Counted from the first letter of the stretch, positions 49,923 through 63,914 are shown. The stretch is 64,000 nucleotides of DNA from Paraspadella gotoi (GCA_051294375.1 CM119265.1:27960665-28024664), one strand, 5' to 3'. Numbers and translations are program-made. Notes: generated from the sequence alone by a model not told the origin.

Positions 49923-50898
49923 AAAGGAGATGTTTTTTTACTTCAAGCGATGTTTTCATTTACCTACTGAAAGTAACAAAATTAAATGTAAATTTAAATT
50001 TAAATTTACATTTAAATTTTAAAAAAAGTGAATGTCGACAGAACGACTGACGAAATTAGAAACAGATTTGTAGTNNNNNNNNNNNNNNNNNNNNNNNNNN
50101 NNNNNNNNNNNNNNNNNNNNNNNNNNNNNNNNNNNNNNNNNNNNNNNNNNNNNNNNNNNNNNNNNNNNNNNNNNNNNNNNNNNNNNNNNNNNNNNNNNNN
50201 NNNNNNNNNNNNNNNNNNNNNNNNNNNNNNNNNNNNNNNNNNNNNNNNNNNNNNNNNNNNNNNNNNNNNNNNNNNNNNNNNNNNNNNNNNNNNNNNNNNN
50301 NNNNNNNNNNNNNNNNNNNNNNNNNNNNNNNNNNNNNNNNNNNNNNNNNNNNNNNNNNNNNNNNNNNNNNNNNNNNNNNNNNNNNNNNNNNNNNNNNNNN
50401 NNNNNNNNNNNNNNNNNNNNNNNNNNNNNNNNNNNNNNNNNNNNNNNNNNNNNNNNNNNNNNNNNNNNNNNNNNNNNNNNNNNNNNNNNNNNNNNNNNNN
50501 NNNNNNNNNNNNNNNNNNNNNNNNNNNNNNNNNNNNNNNNNNNNNNNNNNNNNNNNNNNNNNNNNNNNNNNNNNNNNNNNNNNNTTGTAAACATTTTGGT
50601 TCCTATTCCATTTTATGAAGACTTCTTTAAAACTTCCTGGAAAATGAATCTCTCTCTTTGTGTTTTTTTTGTTTTTTTCAACATTTTTCATGAAATTTTT
50701 ATTCCAGTCACGAACAATTTTGAAGGCGCTAAAGTACATAAAATTATTAATTATTATTAAAATTATTCATTTCTTTATTTATTTATTTAAAAAAATATTT
50801 ATTTTGCCATTTATTTTCTTGATTGTTTTGTATTGCAGCAATAACGATTGTTTTCCTTATTTTGTTTTTGTTTTTGGCGAAGCAGAAGCCCAGACAGT

Positions 50899-50938
<40 letters not shown>

Positions 50939-51099
50939 CGGTAATGAATTTGTTTTTGTTCTTGTTTATGTTTTTTTTTCAGATGTGGCGAGATGTCGGG
51001 CCGTGGGCGGTGGAAGGGGAGACGTGTTATGGCGCGGGATGTAGAAGGGGCGTCGATAATGATGATGGAAAACCCGTGGAAATCTCAAAGGGACACAAG

Positions 51100-51345
51100 G
51101 GAGAGAAGGCGGCGCGTGAGAGGTTTAGAAAGGGCGCGCGGAAAGGGGAAGAAAAAGGCGCGTGAGAGGTCTTGAGGGCGCGCGGAAAGGGAAAAAAAGG
51201 ACGCATGAGTGATTTAAAAAGGGCGCTCAAAAAGGGGAAGAAAAAGGCGTTTGAGTGATTTAGAAAGGGCGCGCAAAAGGGGAAGAAAAAGGCGCCTGAG
51301 TGATTGAGAAAGGGCGCGCGAAAGGGGAAGAAAAAGGCACGTGGG
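51100..51345. repeat. 45-bp minisatellite, ~5.5 copies
   Basis: Unit ~AAAAAGGCGCGTGAGTGATTTAGAAAGGGCGCGCGAAAGGGGAAG; starts at 51241, 51286, 51331. Confidence 0.85.
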
Positions 51346-51431
51346 AAAATATGGCGCGTTAGAGTGAAGGAGAAAAAAGGGCGTCAAGTGGAAAAGGGGA
51401 GTTGATAGATCTGTAAATATGAAAGATAGGA

Positions 51432-51469
<38 letters not shown>

Positions 51470-51981
51470 GAGAGAGAGATTTAAATATATACAAAATAAA
51501 GTCGTATCTGGGTACGAGTTTCTAGCTCTTCTGATGTCTCAACTATTATAAATATTGATTTAAATTATGATATTAATATAGTTAATTATAGTTAATAATA
51601 TCATATTATTTGTTATGTTAAAAAAAATAGCTTAATTGTAAAAAATTAGGAAATCGGTAAAAAAAGTTATGGATGAACGAAGTCGTCTCTCTTGTTTTCT
51701 TTGATTTAATTTTTCGTTGGATTTAATTTCTTTTTCATGTTTTTGTTGTTGTTTTTTTTTGTTGATGTTGTTTATGTTGTTGTTGTTGTTGTTGTTGTTG
51801 CCTCTCGTTGCCAATATCACGCACGAGAAGCGTCTTAATTCACGCGCCACCGATCGAAGCGACTGAAGCGCCTCTCGCGGGAAAATCCGTTCCTCTCTCT
51901 CGTTCACCTGAGATGGGGAGAAAAAAAAGATGCGAGTCTGGTACGAAGAATAATTCATCAGAATGTCAAATAAAGAAGGTA

Positions 51982-52016
<35 letters not shown>

Positions 52017-53011
52017 NNNNNNNNNNNNNNNNNNNNNNNNNGAAAGACGACTGCACAGAAAGAGGAAGAGGAGGAAGAAAGAAGAGAAAGACGAAAAAAA
52101 GGAGGGGAGAAACGTGGAGGAAGGGGGGAGGGAAGAGAGGAAAAGACTAGAGGTACAGCGGGAGAGAGAGAGAGAAAGGGGCGAAGAGCTGGAGGAGAAG
52201 ATGAGAGGGAGGAAGAGAGCGGGAGAACGAGGAAGAAGAGAGTGAGCCTGAGAGAGAAAAGAAGAGAGAAACGAAAGAGCAGGGAGCGAGCAGAGAAGGT
52301 CGAAGATGAGACAACGAGGGAGATGGAGCGAGCGGAGAGAAGACGGGGGAGAGAGGCGGATACAGGAGAGAAAATAAACAATTAAAGAGAGACAACCTGC
52401 GAGAGAGAGAATCGAGAGAGAGAGACGACGAGGAGATGAGAGAAGAGGAGAGAGAGAGAAGGAAGAGAGAGAGAGAGAGCAGGGAAAAGAAGAGAGGAGA
52501 GAGAAGAGAAAATAACAAATAAAGAGATGAGAGAGAGAAAGAAAGGAGATGAGAGAAATCTCGAGAGAGAGAGAGAGAGAGAGAGAGAACGACGAGAGAG
52601 AGAAGAGAGGAGAGAGAGAGTAGAGGGAAGAGAAAGAGACGAGGAGAAGAGACATGAAGAGAGGGAAATAGAAAGAGAGCAGAGAGAAGACGAGAGACAG
52701 AGAGAGAGAGAGAGAGAAGAGAGAGGAGAGACAGAAAGAAAGAGAGGAGAGAGAAATTAAAATAAAAGAGAGAGAGAGAGAGAGAAATCGAGAACGAGAG
52801 GAGAGAGAGAGAGAGAGATAGAGAGACGAGACAGAAAGAAAGAGGAGAGACAGAGATGAGGGAAACTTAGAAAGAGCATGAGAGAGAGAGAGAGAGATGA
52901 GAGAGAGACTGATGATAGAGCGAGAGTGAGAGAGTTATTTTTTTATTTTCATTTCACGTTTCGCTGGGAAGAAATGAGATTGGAATGTCATGGAGAAAAC
53001 AATCGATCGAT

Positions 53012-53051
<40 letters not shown>

Positions 53052-53474
53052 TTTTGCTTCTCATTTTTTCCGCTTTTTTATGCTAATCAGATCGATGACG
53101 ACGACAAAGAAGAAGAAGAAGAGGAAGAAGAAGACACCAATGAGTTGGTTATTGGGATCCGCATCCGAAGGAAGAACTAATCAGGTTTTATGCCCGATTC
53201 GTCGTCGTAGTCGTCGTCGTCGTTGCCCCTCCTGGAGGCGCGCTATTTTTGGGGAGGAAAAAAGGGAAAAAAAGAGAAAAAGAAAAAAAAGGTAAAAAGA
53301 GGAAGGAAAAGAAACAAGAACACAAATTCAAATGTTGTGTCGCGCCGCAGGGACTTTGTTATCCCGTGTATTACCGTGTATATTCGATACCGGACACATA
53401 TACTGCATTGGAATAACGTCTTTTATATTTTATTGTTGTTGTTGTTATTGTTGTTGCCACAAGGTTTCTTTAAT

Positions 53475-53688
53475 AAACAAAAGGCGACGCTAGTAGTCGC
53501 TTAGATGCGAGATTTTTTTAATGTATTAACAAATGAGCAATCAACTATAGGCGAGTTATAAGCATCTTTACTGTAAGTGGGACAGACCGACGGACAGACA
53601 TACAGACCGACCGACAGACAGACCGACAGACCGATCAAAGAGTGACTTATTGACTTTCTCCGCGAGTACTCGCGGCGCAATTAAAAAA
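53475..53688 (-). mobile_element. HINE/DINE-1-like element family 2, apparently complete copy
   Basis: 5' palindrome CCGCGAGTACTCGCGG, (GACA/GACC/GACG)n tract, 3' subterminal repeat (tagatgcg on +) and terminal hairpin GCGAC...GTCGC next to an A/T run. Confidence 0.8.
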
Positions 53689-53935
53689 AGGAAAGAGGAA
53701 AAAAAAAAGAAATTGGTAAAATGGAATATTGAATTCTGGTAGATATGATAGCAGGATACGATGATAATATTTATGAATTAAGTGAGCCCCCTTAATGGAA
53801 CGAGAGACCGCTTAGCTATGCATCCATTAGAATTTAAACTGAAAATAGTTCTCATTCAACGAAATTGCATTTGACCGTGCGACTTCAGGGTTCAGGGTTT
53901 AGAATTCTTCTATACAGCAAGACTTGATCGCACAT

Positions 53936-54008
<73 letters not shown>

Positions 54009-54112
54009 TTCTCGTTTCCCCTTTTGGTCTCCAACTGAGCTGAGGTGCAGTCAGCGAATGTTGGTGACGGAAGACAAAAAATGAAGGAAAAAGTATGAAA
54101 TACGATCGACCA

Positions 54113-54154
<42 letters not shown>

Positions 54155-54439
54155 AGGCCGAAAAAATGAAAGAGAGAATATGAAATACGATTTTTCAGAT
54201 GGAAAGTTTTTCCAAAGAAAAAAAAATGAAAAGAAAAAGAAAAGAAAGAAAAGAAAGGAAAAAAGGAAAAATATGAAAGGAAAAAGGAAAAAAAATTGAG
54301 TAGGAGGGATCCATCGAAGATAAGAGTCTCCGCCTTTCATTGAACTCACACTCCACCCAATTCGTCGTTAGGGGGTGAAGGGAAATAATACTCTAACGTA
54401 TTAACTTGACCTCAATATATCACAAATAGTTGGTGCATG

Positions 54440-54800
54440 ACGAAGTAGAGTGATGTGAAAATGATAAAATTTTAGAAAATTATAATTTAGCATATAAAAC
54501 ATAAAAATAAAAACCAATAAAAAAACTTTGGTAAATTTACTTTTTAATTTTATACATTAGTGAGCTATATTTATATATAGTAATAAGTAAATAATGGGCT
54601 ATAATTGTAAGATCGGATTTGGATTCCTTGCAAAAAGTTAGCATAAGAAAGTATAATTCTTTTTTAAAAATTATTTCATTAAGTTGATTCAAAACTTTCA
54701 CTTTACCCTAATGAAGAGTAATATGAGTTTAATAAATTTTCGCTGCTTCTTTAAATTAAGTAAACATTCAGTTAGCTTTTGTTGTATTATTTAGTAGATA
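54440..54800 (-). mobile_element. Older minus-strand relative of the 57268-57863 family
   Basis: gctatatttatatatagta and aaaaagtt...aagaaagtataattcttttaaaaatt.tttcattaagt match the reverse complement of 57600-57750. Confidence 0.5.
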
Positions 54801-54993
54801 TGTAAATAGAAATTTGGAGTTTTTATGATATCATGAGACTTGGCTTAACTTCGTACACAAAATAAATTCCGCACATGTAACATTTATAATAATTTTTTTT
54901 ATGTCTAAAATCACAATAATCTCTTTTCTGATTTAACAGAAAAAAATAAGACGACGAATCTAAAAAGGCGAGAGAATCATTCTGAGAGTCATT

Positions 54994-55024
<31 letters not shown>

Positions 55025-55409
55025 AAAAGACGACGACGACGACGACAATGACGACGACGATAAGGACTATGATTACGTCGATGGCGCCTTAATGGGAAAA
55101 AAGGCGAAAGGGGCAAAGGATCTTCCATTCCCAGTTTCTTGGGAGTTAATGGAGAAAAGAGCGGAGATCGAGAGATGAGCAGAGAGAATCGCGAGCACGA
55201 GAGAGAGAGAGAGAGGAGAGAAGAGAGAGAGTCAAAATAAGAACAATAATGAGAGAAAGAAGAGAAAAGACCAGAGAGGGCCGAATGGTGATTCTGCACT
55301 CGATTGGGTAACCATGGGAGTGCTCCGCGTTCTTTGCCACATGCTAGTATCTCAACATTCATCTGAGGGAGACGACACGATAGAGAGATGATGGGGAAGG
55401 ACATGGGAC

Positions 55410-55443
<34 letters not shown>

Positions 55444-55755
55444 ATTACAAAAAGAGGAATTGATAGGAACACCAATCGGATTTTCCTCTTTTTTTTCTTC
55501 TTGAAAACGAGAAACATAAAAAAATCGAATAAAGGACAAAGAAAAAAAATGAAGGAAAAAAAAAGACATAAAAATCACAGAATTTTTTTTTTTTTTTAAT
55601 TTTTCGAGTGACAATTTTACTTATCATTCTCTGTCTTATTTTTCTCTTTTCTCTCTTTTTCTTTTCTATTTTTTGTTCTTTCTATTTTTCTGTCTTTAAT
55701 TCTTCCTTTCGTATTTTTTCATGTTTATTTCTTTGTTTCTTTTCTTTCTATCTTT

Positions 55756-55826
<71 letters not shown>

Positions 55827-56756
55827 TTTCTTTCTTTCTTTCTTTCTTTCTCTCTATCTTTCTTTCTTTTTTTATTATATCTTTTGCTGACCTTCTTTTC
55901 GTTTTTCCATCTTGCTACCTTTCTATATTTTTCTATTTTTTCTTTTGCTAATATTTCCTTTAATTTTTCTTTTTTTTCTTTTTCCATCTTTCTTTCTCTC
56001 TCTCATTCTCTTCTATCTTTTTCTATCCTTTCCCTTTTATTTTCCTTCTCTTCTCTCCATCTATTAATACAAAAAGCCTTCCCCGCCTTTTGTGTCCTTT
56101 TGGGTAAGTTTCCTTGGCTGGGCGGAATGAAAGGCGGGGTAAGGAGTCCCTCAGCGCGGAGAAGCGAATCGCAAGAAATAAAAGTGAATAAACGAATGAA
56201 ACCAGAGAAATGACGATGGTTTTTATGTTATATGTTGTCATTGTATAAACAAAATAATAAGAAACATGTACTCTTGTAATTAAAAGAAACAAAACAAACA
56301 AACGAACTAGATTTTGAAAAAAAGGCAAAAAAAAAATTTTATACGAAATTTGTGAATTTTAACTTTGATTATCTAAAGAGAAAAAAACCAAATTTCGTCT
56401 GATTTGCAAAAAAAAGAAAAAAAGAAAAGAAAGATAAACGAATTTTTTTTTCGAGTTTCTTAATTAAATCTTTTCCTTCGAAAAAAATATATTTAACAGC
56501 CATGACGTTTCTACAAAAAAATATAACTCATATAAATAATAAATAAAAAATTAACTATGATTAAACATTTATGACCAAACCTATTTTTATTTTAATCTTC
56601 AAACAGAAAAAACGAGAATTAAATATTTTTTCTTTCTTATCCTCTTGACTTGTTTTCTCCGTTCCTTTCTGCTTGTTATCAATCACTGATTTATATAAAA
56701 TTGGTACAACCAATATAATATATTGTGTATCATATATAATATATATTTTACATATC

Positions 56757-56812
<56 letters not shown>

Positions 56813-57069
56813 AATAGTTTAATTTCTTTTCCTCTTTGATATTATCTCTATTTTTATATTTATCATTTCATTCTAATCCCTTTGTCTCTTTCTTTTATTT
56901 TTCTTCTTTTCTTCTTTTTTTCCTCCAAATTAAGAATTTTCGTTACTTCCTCTCCCATCGACCTTTGGCTTTTTTCTTTTCCCTCATCCCAGATCACATA
57001 TTTTCCTTTATTTTCTTTTCTCCTTTCCCTTGTTCAAAACCTCTCTACCCTCGATAATAATTTTCCCCT

Positions 57070-57980
57070 TTCCCCCTGCATACTGTGTAGTTTATCTTCC
57101 CATTTACCCTTCTCCCCTGCATACTATGCAGTTCATCTTCCCCTTCCATCATGCATACTATGGTATTTAACTTTCCCTTCTCCCCTGCATACTACGCAAT
57201 TCATCTTCCCCTTCCCTCTTCTCCCACGCATACTATGCCATTTCTCTACCCCATCCCCCTGCATTAAGGCGTAGTAAAATTTCTAAATTTAACTTTAATT
57301 AAAATTCTAAAAGTGAGGAACGAACAACATAATATTAATGAACATTTATGTAATAAAAAAATTTATAATAAATTTTACAATTTACGCAGTAGGCCATATT
57401 TATACTAGTACTAATTCAATAAATGTTAAAGGTTTTTTCTAAGATTTTTTTGCAGATTTAGATTCGTCATAATAAGTTGATAAAAAGAAAGATAACTCTT
57501 TTTGAAAAATTCTTTCATTAAGTTGGTCAAAAATTAGAAAAAGCTATATATTAAGCTGAAAATTAACTTTTTATATATTAAATATAGTTTTTTTAATTTT
57601 TAACCTACTTAATGAAAGAATTTTTAAAAATGATTTATATTTTCTTTTATAAACTTTTGACGAGGAATTCAAATCTGCAATCAAAGTTAAGAAAAGCTTA
57701 TTTTGAAATTTTTCGATTTTATAAGGATAGTACTATATATAAATATAGCCTACTGCGAAAATTAAAAAACATAAAATTAATTTTTTTTACAAATTAATGT
57801 TCACTGGTGGTATGTTGTTCATAATTAACTTTTAGAATTTTCGTATGTAACTCTCACTACGCCTTACCCTGCATACTATGCAATTAATTTTCCCTTTCCC
57901 TCTTCTCCCCTGCATACTATGATATTTATCTTTCCCTTCCCCCCTGAATACTATGCAATTTACATTCCCCTTCTCTTCCC
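57070..57980. repeat. 34/41-bp minisatellite (cccctgcatactatgc...) interrupted by a TIR element
   Basis: tgcatact cores at 57077, 57118, 57152, 57186, ~57227, then 57870, 57911, ~57945. Confidence 0.8.
57268..57863. mobile_element. Non-autonomous AT-rich TIR element (Kolobok-like)
   Basis: TTAA|GGCGTAGT ... ACTACGCC|TTAC; interrupts a minisatellite; further copies at ~48899 and ~54440. Confidence 0.75.
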
Positions 57981-58184
57981 CTTGTTTACCCCCTTCCCTC
58001 CAAAGCCAGTTTTTTCCACGCACATACCATACAAATCGCCCGTATCCCTCCTTTTCATCTTACAGCCATTTCTCCCTCCCCTCTCGGTTTGCTTCTGCCC
58101 TCCTTCCCTCCCTCCCTTTCTCTTTCACCCCAACTTTATTAATAATTTCTCCAAATCTCTCTCACCTCTCTCTCTCCTCCATCC

Positions 58185-58905
58185 CTCGCCGCTGTAATTA
58201 ATGTATTTCTCCTCTCTTTCTGCAACCCTTCTCCCGCTTCTCCCTCCCCCCTCCTCGCCGCTTTATTATGTATTTCCTCCCTCTCTTCTCCCCTCTCCCC
58301 CTTCCTCTCCCTCCCTCCTCTCCCGCTTTATTATGTATTTCCTCCCTCTCTTCTCCCTCTCCCCCCCTCCCCCTTTTCTCCCTCCCTTCCGCTTTATATG
58401 TATTCCTCCCTCTCTACTCCCCTCTCCCCTTCCTCCCTCCCTCCTCTCCTCTCTCCTCCGCTTTATTATGTATTTCCTCCCTCTCTCTCTCTTCCCCTAG
58501 TCCCCCTTCTCTCTTCTCCTCTTGATTCCCTCTTCTTCCCTCCTCCCGCTTTTTATTATGTATTTCCTCTCCATTCTTCTCCCCTCCTCCTCCTTCCCTC
58601 CCTCCCTCCCTCCCTCCCTCCCGCTTATATGTATTTCCTTCCTCTTTCTTCCTCTTGCGATTATACTTTCCTCCCCTCTCCTTTCTCTCCTCCCCTTTAT
58701 TCATATTCTCCCTCTCTTCTCCCCTCCCCCTCCCTCCCTCCCTCCCGCTTCTCTTACTGTATTCCTCCCTCATCGTCTCCCTCTCCCCATCCTCCTCCCT
58801 CCCTCCCTCCTCGCTTATATGTATTCCTCCTCTCTCTCCCTCTCCCCTTCCTCCTCACCTCCCTACCTTCTGCCTTTATTATGTATTTCCTCCCCTTCTC
58901 CTCCC
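58185..58905. repeat. Variable ~60-75-bp pyrimidine-rich minisatellite
   Basis: Recurring core ccgctttattatgtatttcctcc separated by C/T runs. Confidence 0.85.
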
Positions 58906-59221
58906 ATAAGACGCTTTGAATAATCGAATGAGGATTTTGCGTCGAGTCGCATTTGTTCTCATTAGATTCCGGTCGTAGATAGATAAGGCAACGGATGCTA
59001 AGGGAGGAAAAAGGGAGGGAGGGAGGAAAAGGAGGAAGTAAGGGGAGGGTTAAGAGGGAGGGGAGGAAGGGGACGGAGAACGGGAAGATGGTAGGAGGAG
59101 AAGAGAGAGGATTGGAGAAAGGGAGAATAGAAAAGAGGGAGGAAAAGAAGGAAGCGGAAGGAGGAAGTAAGGAAGGGGGAGGGAAGAAGGGGAGGANNNN
59201 NNNNNNNNNNNNNNNNNNNNN

Positions 59222-61880
59222 TTTTCTCTCATTTTACCCTCTCTTTCTCTTCTGCTATTTATCTATGCTTTATTTCCATTGCTCCTCCTTCTTTTTATCT
59301 TTTCATTTGTCCCTCTGATGCCTTTTTATTGGTTATTTAACTCTCTCCTTTTCTCCCTTCTGTCTAATATCTATCGCATATCTTTTCATCTTCCTCCTCC
59401 CTTTCTCTTTCCCCATCGCTTTATTACTATCTTTGTCCTACCTTTTCTCTTACCCCATTTTTCTCCTTCCTTGCAATTCTTCTTTATTAGGTGGTCTCGT
59501 TTTGTCTTAGCTTGAGTTAAAATTTCTAAATTTTTCTTTAATTCTCTTTTATTTAAATTTCTATAATATCTGGGTGTTTTTCTCTTTTTTTTTTTCATGA
59601 TTTTTCTTTTTTATCTGGTAATCTAACTTTATTAATTATTTTATTATGAACATTTTTTATGTGTAATTTAATAAAATATTTTTCTTTTTTCTTTTTATAA
59701 TTTATTAATATTATTTCTAATAATTTATCGTTTTAGTTAGGTCTCATTATTTTTTTTTTCTTTTTTTTTTTCCTATACTTTAGTTTTTACTAATTCATAT
59801 TCTATTTTAATTTTCTTGGTTTTTATAAGTTTGTTTTTTTATTAATTTTTTTTTTGAGACTTTCTAGGATATTCTGTTCTATAATTATTTTGTTTGAATA
59901 AAAAGAATTAGATAAACCTCTTTTTTGAAAAATCTTCATTAATGCTTGGCACAAAAATTAGAAAAAGCCTATATATTACACGCTGAAAAAATTTAACTAT
60001 TTAATATTTAATATAGGTTTTTTTATTTTAAACTACTTAAAATGAAAGAATTTTATAAAAAGATTTTATATTTCTTTTTATTAAACTTTTTGACGAGGTA
60101 ATTCAATCTGCAATTCAAAGTTAATGCATAAGCTTATTTTATGAAATTTATTTCGATTTTTATAAGGATAGTATCTATTATTATTATAAATATAGCCTTA
60201 CTTGCGAAAATTTTAAATAAACATCATAAAAATTAATTTTTTGTACAATTAATGTTTCACTCTTGCCGTGTGCTATGTTGTCTATAATTAACTATTTTAT
60301 GAATTCGTACATGCTATACTCTCACTCACGCCTTTACCCCTGCATTTACCTATCAATTAAATTTTTTCCCTTTTCCTCTCTCTTTCCTCCCTTGACTTAT
60401 ACTATTGATTTATATCTTTCCTTCCTCCCTGATTTCATACTATGCAATTATACATTCCCCTCTTCTTCCCTTGTTTACCTCCCTTCTCAAAGCCTACGTT
60501 TTTCCACGCACCATCCATTCAAATCGCCCGTATCCCTCCTCTTTTTTTCTTTTCATCTTAAGCATCTTCTCTACCCTTCCTTCTTCTCTTCTTCCCCTCC
60601 TTCCCTCCCTCTCCTTCTTCCTATCACCCCCACTCTTATTTATAGTGTATTCCCTCCACCTCTCCTTCCTCCCTCCTCTCCTCAAGCCTCTCGCCTTAAT
60701 TATGTTATTTCTCTCCTCTCTTCTGCAACCCTGTCCCCGCTTAGCTCCCTCCCCCTCTCCTCCCGCTTATATTGTTTTCCTCTTTTTCTTCTTTCTTTCC
60801 CTGCTCCTTCCATTATGTATTTCCCTCCTCTCTCTCCCTCCCTTTATGTATCTTCTTTCTTTGCTCTCCCTGCCCCTCACTTTTCACTCGCCCTCCTCAT
60901 CTTCCGCTTTTATATGTCTATTTTCCTCCCTTTTCTCTCTCCTCTCCCTTCTCCCTCCTCTCCTTCCTCTCTCCTCCCGCTTTATATTGTATTCCATCCC
61001 TTCTCTCTTCCCTTCTCTACTACCACACCCCCTCCTCCTCCGCTAATTGATCCTCTCTTCTTCTCTCTCACCTCCTCCTCCCCATCCTCTTATAGTATTT
61101 TCCTCCCATCTCTTCTTCCCCGTCCCCCTTTCTCCTTCTCTCCTCTTTATTTCTCTCATTCTCTTCCCTTTTATCTCTTTTCTCTCCCTCTCCCCCCCTC
61201 CTCCCTCCCGCTTCTACTATTCTCCCTCTCGTCTCCTCTCCCTCTCCTCCCGCTCTCCTACCTTATGTATTTCCTCCTTCTCTTTCTCCCTCTCCCCCTC
61301 CTCCTCCCTCGCCGCTTTTATGTATTTCCTCCCTCTTCTTTCTCCTCCCCCTTTCTTCCCCCCCCTTTTTTTCCTCCCCTTTCCCTTCTCCTCTCCCTCC
61401 CGCTTATATTTTAGTATTTTCCTCTCCTTCTCGTCTCCCTTCTCATCCCCTTCTCTCCCTCCCTGCCCTCCCTCACTTTCCGCTTTATTATTGTATCCTC
61501 CCTCTTCTCTCCCCTCTTCCCCTTCCTTTCCTTCCCCTCCCTAACTCCTCTTCTTTCTCTCTTTTTATTATGTATTTCCTCCCCTTCTCCTCCATTAAGA
61601 TCGCTTTGATATATTATCGAAGATATTTTTCTCGTCGTTTATGGCGCAGTCTCTTTATGATCCGGTCAGATAGATAGTGAACGGATGCTAATGTAGGAAA
61701 AGGGAGGATGGTATGAGAAAAGGAGGAAGTAAGGGGGTTTAGGGTTAAGTGGAGGGGTAGGAATGGGGACGGGTAGAACGGGGATTAGATGGTAGGAGGA
61801 GGAAGAGTAAGGATTGAGAAATGGTGAGAAAGAAAAGATGGGATGGAAAATCATAAGGAAGCGGAAGGAGGAAGTATGAA
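59222..61880 (+). other. Indel-riddled duplicate of ~57000-59196 (probable gap-fill artefact)
   Basis: Begins after a 25-N gap (59197-59221); repeats the TIR element, both minisatellites and the 58905-59170 segment with many 1-nt indels. Confidence 0.85.
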
Positions 61881-62541
61881 GTGGATGAAGATAGGAGGAA
61901 GAGATGAGGAGAGGTGTAGTAAGGGAGAGAGTAAAAGGAGGGAGGAACGTAGGAAGGAAAGGTAGGAAGTAAGGAAGGGTGAGGATGAAGAGAGAGGATA
62001 GGAGAAAGGGAAGATGAAAGAGGGGGTAAATAGAAGGATTAGTGGGAAGGAGGAAGGGGAGGAGAAAAGAGAGGAGGGGAGAGAGGGAGAGAGGAAAAGT
62101 GGGAGGGAGGAAGGGGAGGAGAAGAGAGAGGTTAAGGAGGAGAAACAAAAGTCGCGAAGGCGGAAATATGTTTCCTTCTCGTTGTTTTTCTCTTAAGTAT
62201 TTGTTTTCTTTTTGTTTGCTTTGTTTTCAAAATAGAATTTGTTTGTAAATTTCATTAATTAAGACGTTTTTAATTATTGTTGTATACAATGTATAATCTA
62301 CATCCGTAATTCGTATTTAGAATTGAAAGATTCTTAAGCAAATAATGGAAGGGAAGACAGAATAAACAAATGTACAAAAAAAATAAAGAAAAAAAAAAGA
62401 GAAAGAAGAAAAAGAAAGAAATAAGTAAAAGGAAACGATAATCCACGCAAGCAGAATTCTATCGCACACGAATTCATCGCCATTTTTTTTCTTTTCTACA
62501 TTCGCGTTTATATTTATTTCTTTGCCAAAGAAAAATAAAAG

Positions 62542-62579
<38 letters not shown>

Positions 62580-63672
62580 CCAACGTGCCTACGCCGACGA
62601 CGACGACGACGACAAAGACGACGACGAAGACGACGATAGTCCTTTCACAGCGACTTTTTTTTCAAGAAGTTCACCTCTTTTTTTCTCTCACTCCCCAGTA
62701 TTCACCATCACATAAAACCCATCACTTTTCACACATTGACGGTTGACATCTCGACTCCATTCACAATATTCTCACCCGACAAATCACTCGTCAGTCAAAC
62801 CTCATTCACGATTCTCCCACGCCCAACTATCAAATAACTTACACACTTTCAACCAACAACCACACTTCACAACCACAATTCACAACTCTCCCCACAACAT
62901 CCGCCCACGATTGAAGGCGCGAGAAAAAAAAATTCCTTCACTGATTAAATTTTCACGAAAAATTAGTTCGTTTATGAGTTTGAGTCGAAAAAGAAACGAG
63001 AAATTCGGATTTCCTTTACCTTCCTCCACCTCTTCCTCCTCCTCTTACTCCTCTTCTTCCTTTCCTCTTCCTCCTCCTTCTCTTCATCATCCTCTTTTTC
63101 TTCCTCCTCTTCTTCTTCCTCCTCTTCTTCTTCCTCCTCTTCCTCCTACTCCTCCCTTCTACTTCCCTCTCCCCAAGTTTTTTTTTCTTTTTCTTTATTT
63201 TTTTCCTTCTTTTTTGTTTTCTTTTTTTCTTTTTTTCACTTATTCCCTTTTTTGGCCAGTTTTTCATCCTTTTTCCCTTTTATTTCCCTTTTTTGCCCTT
63301 TCCCCCTTTTTTGTCCTTTTCTCCCCTTTAATCTCCTTTTTCCTCCTTTTTTCTCCTTTTTTCTCTATTTTCCTTTTTTGCCCTCAACTTTTTTCGATTC
63401 TCACGGTCGTTTTTGTTTCGTTATTTCCTCTTTCTTCCTTTTTTTTCTTTTTTTTCTTTCACAATTTCTCCTCAGACGCGGATTTCACTTTCGCCGAGAT
63501 TCACTCTCTCCCCTTCACCGATTCTCACGGCGAATTTCAATGACTTCACATCTCTCTCATTCCGACGTGATTCTTTATCTCCTCTTACGTTTATCATCGA
63601 CATAACTCAGTTTTTCTTATTTCATTTATAATATATTATATGTTCTATCTATACACTTGTCCTAGTTAACAT

Positions 63673-63914
63673 TATGAAATTGGTACAACCAATATAAAAA
63701 TTATCCATTCATTTAATAAATAAGCTATCTTGCCCCTGACTTTGGACAGGCTTTGGTGGTTTAAGGCCTCCATCACTCTTACAAGATAATGACATAGCAG
63801 GTCCCTGCAAGCTTTCAATCAAGACTCTCTCACAGTCTCGTTTATTCACTCCCAGAGTACCTGGCTTCCCTATCAATGAAGTGGAAAATATTTCAAAGAA
63901 TGTTTCAATTGTAT
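63673..63914 (+). repeat. Dispersed ~240-bp repeat family, reference copy
   Basis: tatgaaattggtacaaccaat ... gtttcaattgtat; copies at 43379 (+), 47466 (-) and a 5' fragment near 56698. Confidence 0.85.

Noticed and set aside
49982-50015. 34-bp perfect AT-rich palindrome as a functional element
   Set aside because: Built from (AAATTT)n self-complementary units, so expected from simple-repeat slippage
40357-50739. ORFs of 100-260 aa containing X runs
   Set aside because: They are open only because they span N gaps
50983-51100. Exon after a strong tttttttcag acceptor
   Set aside because: No recognisable product; it runs into a 45-bp minisatellite with no donor or partner exon
55608-63605. Long F/L/S/P-rich ORFs up to 383 aa resembling membrane proteins
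   Set aside because: Products of polypyrimidine tracts and minisatellites, partly inside a noisy duplicate; no domain motifs
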